Source of the DNA: an uncultured Candidatus Saccharibacteria bacterium
Lineage (GTDB): Bacteria > Patescibacteriota > Minisyncoccia > Minisyncoccales > JANBVM01
DNA: 51,911 bases
NCBI GenBank assembly: GCA_964435835.1
Contig: CAYSZX010000003.1
Location: forward strand, 1-51,911
Direction of reading: 5' to 3'
Program-made: the position numbers and the translations under genes
Notes under the pieces: model-generated
What the model was told of the DNA's origin: nothing
Databases searched by the model: none
Seen by the model: the letters and a program-made list of their open reading frames with translations, nothing else
Shown here: positions 1-8,681 of the stretch, in pieces
Layout: each line of letters starts with the position of its first letter
Numbering within the stretch: the stretch's first letter is position 1

Positions 1-10
1 AACTTAGAAG

Positions 11-245
11 AATAAGGTAATATTACCTAAAAGTGAAAAATAAAAATGTTGAAATCTTTAATTAATTATAAAACAAAATCAGTTAATAAATCAGCAGGAA
101 TTTTAACAGTTTCTGCTATTATTAGCAAAATACTGGGAGTGGCTAGAGATTGGCTTTTGGCTAAGAATTTTGGGGCAGGAAGCGAGTTGGATGTTTATTT
201 TACTGCTTTTAAGATTCCGGATTTTATTTACAATATTTTGATTTT
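11..245 (+). repeat. Direct repeat copy 1: murJ 5' region (copy 2 at ~10540-10772)
   Basis: 46-246 aligns with 10573-10773 with about 13 differences counted by eye; 190-245 is identical to 10717-10772; upstream AATAAGGTAATATTAC shared (11-26 / 10540-10555). Confidence 0.95.
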
Positions 246-261
246 AGAGAGATTGTTGTGA
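46..261 (+). pseudogene. murJ: Truncated 5' fragment of murJ (71 aa)
   Basis: First 67 aa nearly identical to the full MurJ at 10573, then diverges (ERLL*). Confidence 0.9.
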
Positions 262-340
262 AAAATCACAATATAGTATGGACCAAGAAATAAATTATAA
301 TTAGATTTAAAAGCTAATTATCTGAAATATAATAATTTAA

Positions 341-1414
341 ATGAAATTACCTAATTTTTTAAAAAGAAAACAGAATCAGGATAGTCTAAAAAATATGAGT
401 TATCCTAGAGTGGGTATTAGTCTTGGAGCTTCTTGGTCTTGGGGGGTCAGCATGATAGCGACAATGGCATTTATGAATACAATGGGTATTCTTCCTGCTC
501 TGGTGTGGGTGATTGGGAATATTTTGGCCATTCCGTTGTTTGGTTTTATTAAAGTTGGGATTAGAGGTTTTAAAAATTGGCTTAATTTTGTACCTTTTGT
601 TCTATTTGCCCTTTTTATTGCTTTAATGGCAATTATAATAAATATGCAGGCTTTAATTACGGGATTGGGAGGTGGACACGATATAGTTTCCTATAAATTT
701 TTAGACAACAACTATAGTGTTCCACTAGTAATAGGATTAGCACTTTTTGTTTTGTTTTTTGTATATAAATATGGTTTAAAAGGAGATGTTTTAAGCGATA
801 ATGGATACTATATTTTGCAGCTTGGCGCGGTAGTAGTATTAGCGGTTTCCTCAGTATTTCAGAGTAGTTTTAATATTAACCCTAACCTTGAATTAGTGAC
901 CCAAAAAGGAATCGAGTGGGTTTTCCCTTTGGGCTTTTTGGGTATAGTTACTGGGGTTTTCACTGATCCCATGATGTGGCAAAGGTTTGAGCAAAAATCA
1001 GAGGTGTTGAAGCTTAGTTTCTGGGGAGCATTCTGGTTTGCAATTTATATGTTTTTCGTTGTTCTTACAGGTTTATTCTTTAGACCAAATCTGTTTTTAG
1101 GAACTATGTTGTTAATAGTTATATTTGCATTAGCGCTATCTACTATCGGGAGCGCGATTGTGGCTACTCAATTTTTGACATCTAAGATAGGAGTTGGAAA
1201 ATTATTAGGTTTACTTTTTTCTCTTAGTGCTGTAATTTCGTGGCCTCTTCTTATGGATTTTGGAATGTCTGAAATCTGGGGTATTTATGCTAGCTATAGA
1301 TGGAAGATAGTCACTACAATGATTGCCGTTTCTTTTATGGGTAAATACGTTATAAAGAAAAAACAAAAGAAAAAAATTCTTTCTTTATTTAACAAAGTCA
1401 AGTTATATAATTGA
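341..1414 (+). CDS. Multi-pass membrane protein, probable sodium:solute symporter-like transporter
   Basis: About 10 hydrophobic segments; N-terminal SLGASWSWG..(G)...W..GN pattern and D..MWQR motif resemble SSS-family transporters. Confidence 0.55.
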   Translation: MKLPNFLKRKQNQDSLKNMSYPRVGISLGASWSWGVSMIATMAFMNTMGILPALVWVIGNILAIPLFGFIKVGIRGFKNWLNFVPFVLFALFIALMAIIINMQALITGLGGGHDIVSYKFLDNNYSVPLVIGLALFVLFFVYKYGLKGDVLSDNGYYILQLGAVVVLAVSSVFQSSFNINPNLELVTQKGIEWVFPLGFLGIVTGVFTDPMMWQRFEQKSEVLKLSFWGAFWFAIYMFFVVLTGLFFRPNLFLGTMLLIVIFALALSTIGSAIVATQFLTSKIGVGKLLGLLFSLSAVISWPLLMDFGMSEIWGIYASYRWKIVTTMIAVSFMGKYVIKKKQKKKILSLFNKVKLYN

Positions 1415-1432
1415 AAAATAATTAATTTAATT

Positions 1433-2740
1433 ATGTCAAAAGCAAAAAAAGTGAATTCTCTAAGAGGCTTTAAAAGTATATATCCTCAAGAATGGGAAAA
1501 ATGGAAATATGTTAGGAAAACAATTGAAGAAGTTTTAGAAAGTTTTGCTTTTAAAGAGATAAGTACTCCTTCAATAGAAAGCAGAAACCTGTATAAAGTT
1601 AAGCCTCCTTGGTCGGAAGGGATGATTGAAGAAACCTTTAGTTTTTTTGATTCTCAGGGTAATCATCTTACTCTTATCCCTGAACAGACTCCAACTAGAT
1701 CAAGAATGGTTCAAGAGTTAAAGCATATAGAACTACCAATTCGCTGGTTTAATACTTCAAAAAGATGGAGACAGGAAAAAGAAATTAAAAAGGATAGGGC
1801 AAGAGAGTTCTGGCAGACGGACGCAGATGTAATTGGCTGTGATTCAGTAGAGTCTGATGCGGAAATATTAGCTTGTGTGACAGAGATTTTTAAAAAGCTA
1901 AAATTAAGGAATAGAGTTGATATTCTAATAAGTGACAGGAAGCTTTTAGAAAATATTATTACTAGGGTAGGGGTTAAGAAGAAGAATTACTACGAAGCAG
2001 TAAAGATAATTGACGATAAAGAAAAAATTAACAAAAAAGAGTTTCAGGAGAGATTTGAGAATATTGGATTAAACAGAGAAGAAATTAGACTTCTTTATGA
2101 AATAATTTCTCTAAAGGGACCCATTAAGGAAACTGTAAGAGAAATTCAAGAAAAATACAGACAAACTGCGAAGAGAGGGATGGAAAGACTAGACAGAATT
2201 CTTTCTCTCTCTGAGCTTCTGGAGACATATAAGATATATGATATTTGTAAACTGGATTTATCTATAGCTCGTGGATCTTTTTATACAGGTTTAATTTTTG
2301 AGGTTTTTGACAAAGATAAAATTTTTGGTGCTTTAGCAGGAGGAGGACGCTATGATTGGCTAGTTAGTATGTATGGTGATAAAGATTTGCCGGCGATTGG
2401 GTTTGGTTTTGGCCACTTAGGAGTTGTACAAAAACTCAAAAAGGATCATTTATTTGACAACCTTTTAGAAAAAAAGAGGGTGTTTGTCTTTTGTGAAAAC
2501 AAGAAAGATTATGAATTCTTAATAAAGCTTGTTAAAAGATTAAGAGAAAAGAATTATAAGGTAGAAGCTGATGTTGGGTATAGAGCAGACAAGGATAAAG
2601 ATTTCTATATGGTTATTAAGCTAAAAAATAATTTTTTAGAAAAGAAAAAAATAGAAATTCAGGTTAAAAAAGTAAACAAAAAATTCACAGTTAAAGGATT
2701 CGATCGATGTGTAAGGAAAATTGCTTCATTTTTTGAATAA
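1433..2740 (+). CDS. Divergent histidyl-tRNA synthetase paralog (class II aaRS)
   Basis: RGFKSIYP N-terminus, TPSIE, PEQTPT, motif 2 WRQE...REFWQTDAD, ARGSFYTG, AGGGRYD, PAIGFGFG; degenerate C-terminal anticodon-binding domain. Confidence 0.85.
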   Translation: MSKAKKVNSLRGFKSIYPQEWEKWKYVRKTIEEVLESFAFKEISTPSIESRNLYKVKPPWSEGMIEETFSFFDSQGNHLTLIPEQTPTRSRMVQELKHIELPIRWFNTSKRWRQEKEIKKDRAREFWQTDADVIGCDSVESDAEILACVTEIFKKLKLRNRVDILISDRKLLENIITRVGVKKKNYYEAVKIIDDKEKINKKEFQERFENIGLNREEIRLLYEIISLKGPIKETVREIQEKYRQTAKRGMERLDRILSLSELLETYKIYDICKLDLSIARGSFYTGLIFEVFDKDKIFGALAGGGRYDWLVSMYGDKDLPAIGFGFGHLGVVQKLKKDHLFDNLLEKKRVFVFCENKKDYEFLIKLVKRLREKNYKVEADVGYRADKDKDFYMVIKLKNNFLEKKKIEIQVKKVNKKFTVKGFDRCVRKIASFFE

Positions 2741-2853
2741 CAAAGATTGTAATTGAGTTAATAGTTTAAGTAATTTTTAATAATAATTAGACCCGCAAGA
2801 GGGTTTCTGTATCTATATGTGCGGAAGAACGATAAGATAATACAATTGAGGTC

Positions 2854-2882
2854 TTGACAAATTTTTTTGAAAGATGTAGATT
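2854..2882 (+). promoter_or_regulatory. Sigma70-type promoter for tRNA-His
   Basis: TTGACA-17 nt-TAGATT directly upstream of the tRNA. Confidence 0.7.
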
Positions 2883-2903
2883 ATTAATAGAAATTCAAAA
2901 GAT

Positions 2904-2977
2904 GGTGCCTATAGTGTAATTGGTTAGCATTGAGGCCTGTGAAGCCTTAAGAGCGGGTTCAAATCCCGCTAGGCACC
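2904..2977 (+). tRNA. tRNA-His(GTG)
   Basis: Cloverleaf: acceptor GTGCCTA/TAGGCAC with encoded G-1:C73, anticodon arm GAGGC-CTGTGAA-GCCTT, T arm GCGGG-TTCAAAT-CCCGC; CCA not encoded. Confidence 0.95.
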
Positions 2978-3163
2978 CTCTTTTTAAGCTTATTATAGTT
3001 CTTTTCTTTAAAATTTTAATCTCTCTTAAAGGAAGGTAAAAAACCTTCCTTATTATTTTTTTAGGCAACCTTATAAAAATTTTAGCTCTATTTATTCGTA
3101 AGCACAACTGTTGCTCGACAAACTACGAGTTATTGTTTATTCTTTCTCTAGGTGGTTAAAAAA

Positions 3164-3898
3164 ATGAAAAAAGATAAAAAAGAATTTCTTTTTATAGCTG
3201 CTACACATGGTGATGAAGAAATTGGAGTAGCTACTATGAAAAAGATAAAAACCAATAAAGATAAATTTGATTGGATTATTGGCAACCCAAAAGCTTTCGA
3301 GCAAGAAAACAGGTTTTTTGAACGAGATTTAAACCGCTCTGCTCCGGGAAAAAAGAACGCCGAAGAATATGAACTTAGAAGAGCTTACGAAATAATGAAA
3401 ATCTGTAAAGATTACAAATATATCATTGATTTGCACGGAGCTTCAGCTTCTTGCGGAAGTTTTACATTGATTAGTTATCCAAAATTGGAGAATCTGTTCC
3501 TAGCTAGTGCTTTACCTATTAAGAACGTCGTTCTTTGGCCCTCTAAAGAGTGGAAAGAATTTGGACCACTAACTCAATTTGTTGATTGTGGCTTGGAAAT
3601 AGAATCTGGACCTAAAAAAGACCAAAAAACAAGGAGTAAACTTCGCAAGATTGTAAAGTCAATTCTTAAGAACGGAGTTAACTTTAATCTATATCAAATA
3701 AAAGAAAAAAAATGGTTTTTAGTATATGGGAAGATGAAAAAGACTAAAGCAAGAAAAAACATATCTAAAGAAATGAAAGAATTTAAAAAGATCGAAGTTG
3801 AAAAGGAGTCTTTTTATCCCTTATTAATTAATCAATACAAGGATTTAGTTTGCTATAAGATGAAGAAAATGGACTTTTTTGACCAATTTTCTTATTAG
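3164..3898 (+). CDS. Succinylglutamate desuccinylase/aspartoacylase (AstE/AspA, M14-like Zn hydrolase) family protein
   Basis: THGDE, GNPKA...RF..RDLNR, DLHG and EIE motifs; AGGTGG RBS before ATG 3164. Confidence 0.85.
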   Translation: MKKDKKEFLFIAATHGDEEIGVATMKKIKTNKDKFDWIIGNPKAFEQENRFFERDLNRSAPGKKNAEEYELRRAYEIMKICKDYKYIIDLHGASASCGSFTLISYPKLENLFLASALPIKNVVLWPSKEWKEFGPLTQFVDCGLEIESGPKKDQKTRSKLRKIVKSILKNGVNFNLYQIKEKKWFLVYGKMKKTKARKNISKEMKEFKKIEVEKESFYPLLINQYKDLVCYKMKKMDFFDQFSY

Positions 3899-4244
3899 AT
3901 TTAAATTTTCTAATAAGAGATAGGTGATTAAAAAGATTATCTATCCCTTCTTATTGTAAGTTAAGTTCCAAAGAGACCTAAGCAAGTCTTAATAAACTGT
4001 TCTTTTTTTTATTTAAATTGACTAATATAGTTCTAATATTATTTACAACTCGCGACACTCGCTATTAAGGTCTGATTAATTTTAGCTTTTTTATTTTTTA
4101 ACATTTTTTACTTGTGTTTTTGCACATTACCGAGCTACATTGAATTTTTTTTTAGATATGTTATCGTATTTATAGTGAATAGAGTTTTTGTGTAAACAAA
4201 AACCTATTATAAAATTAATTATAAAATAAAAAAGGTGTATAATA

Positions 4245-5012
4245 ATGAAAAGTAATATATTTGTTATTACGGCTGCAGATGGTAATGGAACTGCAATTCG
4301 GGTATTAGATCACGCTTTATCGCGTGAAGAATATGCTAAACGTGGCAAGCAGATTGGTAAAGATATGGAACCTTTTGGTGCAGAACAAGCAGGGTTTCTT
4401 GTCCCAGACGAAAATCATTTTGAAATGGCAGGAGGAGAGTTTTGTGGCAACGCGGCTCGCTCGGCTGCAATCCTTATTTCAGAAATTCAAAAAAAACCAC
4501 ATGTGTCATTTACAATGTCGGGATATAGTGGAACAGTAAGTGCTAAGGTTAAGAAAAAAAGTGATACTGGTTATTTTGTTGAATGTGTTTTTCCCGGTTT
4601 ATCAACCGACTTGAAGGATATTACTCTTTCTAATGGTCAAGTTGCTACAGTAGTTGATTTGGGAGGTATTGTGCATGTAATCATAGAAGCATCTTTTCCG
4701 TCTAAGACGGAGGATTATGAGTCTGCCCACCGAGATATCACTAAGGAGCTCAACTTTGACGAGCGAAGTGCTGTCGGGGTTGTGTGGATAAATCGTATCG
4801 ATGGTGCGGTCAAAATGCATCCTGTAGTATGGGTTAAGGATGTCGATACTTTTTTCTATGAACAATCCTGTGGCTCGGGCACTATTGCCGTTAGTAAAGT
4901 GACGGGTATTTCTTCCATAATTCAGCCTACTGGTAAGAAAATTGAGGCAGAAATAAATGACGAAGAAGTAATCCTTAGAAGTAAAATGGAGGTGGTTTAT
5001 AGTGCGGATTGA
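4245..5012 (+). CDS. DapF-fold PLP-independent racemase, CntK/histidine racemase-like
   Basis: GNGT, EQAGF, EMAGGEFCGNA and PVVWV...EQSCGSGT two-cysteine motifs match the CntK pattern (EQVGF, MSGNEFCGNA, ENSCGSG) better than DapF. Confidence 0.8.
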   Translation: MKSNIFVITAADGNGTAIRVLDHALSREEYAKRGKQIGKDMEPFGAEQAGFLVPDENHFEMAGGEFCGNAARSAAILISEIQKKPHVSFTMSGYSGTVSAKVKKKSDTGYFVECVFPGLSTDLKDITLSNGQVATVVDLGGIVHVIIEASFPSKTEDYESAHRDITKELNFDERSAVGVVWINRIDGAVKMHPVVWVKDVDTFFYEQSCGSGTIAVSKVTGISSIIQPTGKKIEAEINDEEVILRSKMEVVYSAD

Positions 5013-5598
5013 TTATGTCTATGTGGAAGAGGAACTGCGATATTGCAAAGGTTTCATAGAGGTTTATAAAGAAGCCTTTGGTGGACATCCTTACTATGAA
5101 GTTTATACAAACAGAGAAGTTTTTGAGAATATTTGGAAGCCACATCTTGATAAGGGAATTATTGTTCTCGCTTGTGATAATGGTTGTGTTGTTGGGTTTG
5201 GATGCGCAAAACCGCTTTTCAAGTCTGATAAAGAGATTCAGTCTTTCTTAGAGAAATCTAAGCTTAACTTAGGTCTTTCTATTGAACTTAGTAAGACATG
5301 GTATATCTCTGAACTGGGTGTTCACAAAATGTACCGTCGTCAAGGTATTGGATTACAACTTGTTGGTCAATGCATCGCTCACATCAGCGACTCTAGCTGT
5401 TCTTATTATGTTATGCGGACAGCAGCGAAAGATTCAAATTCTATTGGATTGTTTAAAAATATTGGTGCAATTGAAGTGTCTGGTACACAAGATGTTTCTG
5501 AATCTGATCAAATTCAGATCAATAAATCTAAAAGCACCAAACGCGTTTATCTCTATGGCCGTTGCGAAGAAGCGCTTAGAAGAATTTCAGTTATTTAA
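5002..5598 (+). CDS. GNAT-family N-acetyltransferase
   Basis: YISELGVHKMYRRQGIG acetyl-CoA motif A, N..SIGLF...G; overlaps the racemase stop; GGAGGTGG RBS. Confidence 0.85.
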   Translation: MRIDYVYVEEELRYCKGFIEVYKEAFGGHPYYEVYTNREVFENIWKPHLDKGIIVLACDNGCVVGFGCAKPLFKSDKEIQSFLEKSKLNLGLSIELSKTWYISELGVHKMYRRQGIGLQLVGQCIAHISDSSCSYYVMRTAAKDSNSIGLFKNIGAIEVSGTQDVSESDQIQINKSKSTKRVYLYGRCEEALRRISVI

Positions 5599-5649
5599 GA
5601 AAAGACTTAATTTTAATAAATTGGTCATCCATAGTGATGACCCTTTTTT

Positions 5650-6327
5650 TTATTTCTTTTCTATCTTGTATTTAATTTGAGAGTAGAGAGATTTTTTTCT
5701 CTCGTAAAAACAGGCCCATTCACGATCTCCGTATGAAAAATGCCACCATTCTCCATAAAAGGGAGCAAAATTTTCCTTAGTTAAGACATCATGAAGTAGT
5801 ATACGATTCTCTTGTTGTTTTTTAGAAAGCCCTTTTGCAAATGTTTTTATCTTTTTATTTTTAAGCTCAAAAAGCTTAGTGCCCATATCTAGATTTTTTC
5901 CTTTTTTATTGGTGAGAGTAACATCAATCGCACCACCTGTCGGGTGTCCGGCAACTAATGGCACAGCAACAAAATTGTGAGTTAATGTGTCTAATTCTTC
6001 GTTGCTGAGAGATGGATTTAGATTTTGAAGTTCATCACGTTTTTCTCTAAAGTATTTCTTTTGGATATTAGGGTGTCTATATCCATAAACGACCTTAATT
6101 CGCAATTTGTAATGTTTTTTAAGTCTTTTATTAATTGTCGCGAGTTTTTTAGCAACAGTATCTCGTACAAAAATACGTTTTCCTGTATAAGGAATCATGT
6201 CATTTTTTTTATGTTTGGCGATGATGTCTGAATCATAATAACACACATTAATCAACGGTTCTTTGTTTTCTCCAGGAAGTATTTTTTTAACTTCTTGATA
6301 AGTAATAATTTTTCTTTTTTGGGGCAT
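5650..6327 (-). CDS. D-alanyl-D-alanine dipeptidase (VanX/DdpX, M15D) family
   Basis: YGYRHP..Q, GHPTGGAIDVTL, DMGT and EWWHFSYGD motifs. Confidence 0.9.
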   Translation of the reverse strand: MPQKRKIITYQEVKKILPGENKEPLINVCYYDSDIIAKHKKNDMIPYTGKRIFVRDTVAKKLATINKRLKKHYKLRIKVVYGYRHPNIQKKYFREKRDELQNLNPSLSNEELDTLTHNFVAVPLVAGHPTGGAIDVTLTNKKGKNLDMGTKLFELKNKKIKTFAKGLSKKQQENRILLHDVLTKENFAPFYGEWWHFSYGDREWACFYERKKSLYSQIKYKIEKK

Positions 6328-6544
6328 ATTTTTAAATATTAAAAGAAGTAATAAGTAACTATAGTGTTTGGGTATTGAAAAACTTTTTACCTAAATTTTA
6401 TTAACCCAAGACATTTTTACATTGTAATAAAGTTGTTTTACCACATAAAGCATGTCGAGATTGTTTTTGTTTCTTTAGCCTAATCTCTTGATAGTATAGC
6501 AAGAATAATTTACTCTAACAACAGAAATTTAAGAAGGTGATAAA

Positions 6545-7093
6545 ATGTCAGAAATTAAAAAAAGAAGAATACAAATTGGAGTAATGGGGTCTGCGGCGGA
6601 CTTAAATTATACTAAAGAACTGGAGAAAATTGCGGAGGGCACAGGTCGATTAATTGCCGAGAGTGGGAATATTACTATCTACGGAGCGGAAAAAGATTAT
6701 GATTCTTTATCTACAGCCGCTGCAAGAGGAGCGAAGAATGCAGGTGGATTAACTGTCGGGGTTACTTATGGAAAAGGTAAAGATATTTGGGATAAAGAGA
6801 AAAATACAGACGTTATAATTTGTAGTGGTTTAGAAAGAGGAGGAGGTCGTGAGTTTGTGTTGGTCAACAGTTGTGATGGAATCATTGCTATTTCGGGAGG
6901 CTCTGGAACCATGAACGAGATGCTGGTAGCATATCAGTTGAACATTCCAATAGTAGTTATTAAAAATACAGGTGGATGGGCTGATAAAATGGCTGATCGT
7001 TATTTTGATAATAGAAAGCGCATGAAGGCAGTAGCAGCTAAAAGTCCGGAAGACGCAGTTTCAAAAATTATAAAATTGATAAGTGAGAAGTGA
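6545..7093 (+). CDS. TIGR00725 / LOG-SLOG family Rossmann-fold protein
   Basis: IGVMGS, AARGAK.AGGLTVG, R...LVNSCDGIIAISGGSGTMNE, TGGWA motifs. Confidence 0.85.
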   Translation: MSEIKKRRIQIGVMGSAADLNYTKELEKIAEGTGRLIAESGNITIYGAEKDYDSLSTAAARGAKNAGGLTVGVTYGKGKDIWDKEKNTDVIICSGLERGGGREFVLVNSCDGIIAISGGSGTMNEMLVAYQLNIPIVVIKNTGGWADKMADRYFDNRKRMKAVAAKSPEDAVSKIIKLISEK

Positions 7094-7152
7094 TAAAAAT
7101 TTTATTTATTACCGTAGCCGCCCTAATAATAAATGACTTCTTTTTTAATTAG

Positions 7153-7182
7153 AAAGAGCTTCGATTATCAAGCTCTTTTTTT
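7153..7182 (+). terminator. Intrinsic terminator
   Basis: AAAGAGCTT-8 nt-AAGCTCTTT followed by a T run. Confidence 0.7.
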
Positions 7183-7317
7183 AAATCGGAAATTTTTAGA
7201 GGTTGATTTTTCTTGACAATCCTTTTGATAATGTTATAGAATGCTTCTAGAGATTGAATAAGTATGCTCTTTAACATATAATAATACTGAAAGTAAATAA
7301 TACTGGAGGAAAAAAAT

Positions 7318-8631
7318 ATGAAAGAAAAAAGAGTTTTAAAAGGTTTTCAAGATTTCTTGCCCGAGAAAATGGTTTTAAAAAATTATTTTATTGGCAAGAT
7401 TAGAGCTGTTTATGAAAAATTTGGCTTTCTCCCTCAAGACACTCCATGTTTAGAATACGCGGACTTATTGCTTGGCAAGTATGGGGAAGAAGGGGAAAGA
7501 TTAATTTATGAATTCAGAGACAAAGGGGATCGTCATGTAGCTTTGAGATATGATTTGACTGTTCCTCTAGGGAGAGTAGTTCAAATGTATGAAAGAGAAA
7601 TTGATTTTCCGTATCGTAGATATCAAATAGGAAAGGTTTGGCGAGCAGACAAGCCTGGAAGAGGCCGATTTAGAGAGTTTATTCAAATAGATGCAGATAT
7701 AATAGGAGATGATTCAATACTTTCTGACGCAGAAACTGTTCTTCTAATTATTAATACAATGGATTCTTTAGGGATTGAAACGATGGTTAGAATAAATTCC
7801 CGCGAAGTCTTAGATGTTTTTGTTGATGTTTGTGGGATTGATGAAGAAAGGGGGGTAGACTTAATGAGAGTTATTGATAAATTCGAAAAAGTCGGGATGA
7901 AAGGAGTTATGGAAGAATTAGAAGAACTAGAATTTTCTTTAGAGATTAGAGAAAAAGTAAAAGATTATCTTTCTATTAAGGGCAACAGTGAGGAAATATT
8001 ATCATCTCTTAAGGAATTTCTAAAGGAAGGGAAGAATTCCAAGGAAGCTCTTGAGCGATTAATGAAAACTGTTGAGTTGATCAATAAAGCAGGCGATTAC
8101 AAAGAAAAGTTTAGAATTGATCCAACCATAGCTAGAGGTCTTGACTACTATACAGGTATAATTTTTGAAACAGCCTTTCTTAAAAGTCCTAGTGTGGGTA
8201 GTATTTGTTCTGGTGGTAGATTCGACCGTTTAATAAAATTGTCTTCTGGAGACTTTACGCCAGCCGTGGGAATGTCTATAGGACTAGACAGACTCTTCTT
8301 TGTTTTAGAAGAAACAGACTCTTTGCCTGATATTGAAAGAACGACCACACAGGTTTTTGTAGCTAATTTTGATGAAGAGTATATAACAGATTATCTAAAA
8401 TTGGCGAACGAATTGCGCAAAGAAGGTATCGCAGTAGAGATTTTCCCCCGACCGGTAAATTTATCTAGTCAGTTGAGTACCGCTGAAAGCAAGAAAGTTC
8501 CTATTGTTCTTATAATGGGACCAGAGGAAATGAAGAGCAACACGGTAACGGTTAGAAACATGAAGGAGCGGAATCAGGAAAAGATTTCTCGAAAACAGCT
8601 TGTTAGTAAAATTAAAAAATTAGTTGGGTAG
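7318..8631 (+). CDS. hisS: Histidine--tRNA ligase (canonical motifs)
   Basis: KGFQDFLP, LRYDLTVP, WRADKPGRGRFREFIQ.D.D, ARGLDYYTG, SGGRFD, GMSIGLDRL; intact anticodon-binding domain. Confidence 0.97.
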   Translation: MKEKRVLKGFQDFLPEKMVLKNYFIGKIRAVYEKFGFLPQDTPCLEYADLLLGKYGEEGERLIYEFRDKGDRHVALRYDLTVPLGRVVQMYEREIDFPYRRYQIGKVWRADKPGRGRFREFIQIDADIIGDDSILSDAETVLLIINTMDSLGIETMVRINSREVLDVFVDVCGIDEERGVDLMRVIDKFEKVGMKGVMEELEELEFSLEIREKVKDYLSIKGNSEEILSSLKEFLKEGKNSKEALERLMKTVELINKAGDYKEKFRIDPTIARGLDYYTGIIFETAFLKSPSVGSICSGGRFDRLIKLSSGDFTPAVGMSIGLDRLFFVLEETDSLPDIERTTTQVFVANFDEEYITDYLKLANELRKEGIAVEIFPRPVNLSSQLSTAESKKVPIVLIMGPEEMKSNTVTVRNMKERNQEKISRKQLVSKIKKLVG

Positions 8632-8659
8632 ACCGCTTTTTTAAAGGTCTACTTTTTTT
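8628..8659 (+). terminator. Probable intrinsic terminator between hisS and hutH
   Basis: GTAGACC-11 nt-GGTCTAC followed by T7. Confidence 0.55.
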
Positions 8660-8681
8660 ATTTAAAATAAAAGTTTAATTT

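Noticed and set aside
1433..2740. HisZ (ATP-PRT regulatory subunit)
   Set aside because: Full HisRS length with a C-terminal domain, retains GGGRYD and motif 2 residues, and no hisG or his operon nearby; not formally excluded without a phylogeny
2895..3107. Minus-strand ORFs over tRNAs (also 51607-51789)
   Set aside because: Antisense to clear tRNA genes; spurious
4245..5012. Staphylopine cluster or lysine-pathway dapF
   Set aside because: No CntL/CntM or metal ABC transporter, and no dap genes in the window; motifs fit CntK-like better than DapF
5650..6327. Vancomycin resistance cluster
   Set aside because: No vanH, vanA/B ligase or vanRS; a lone M15D peptidase
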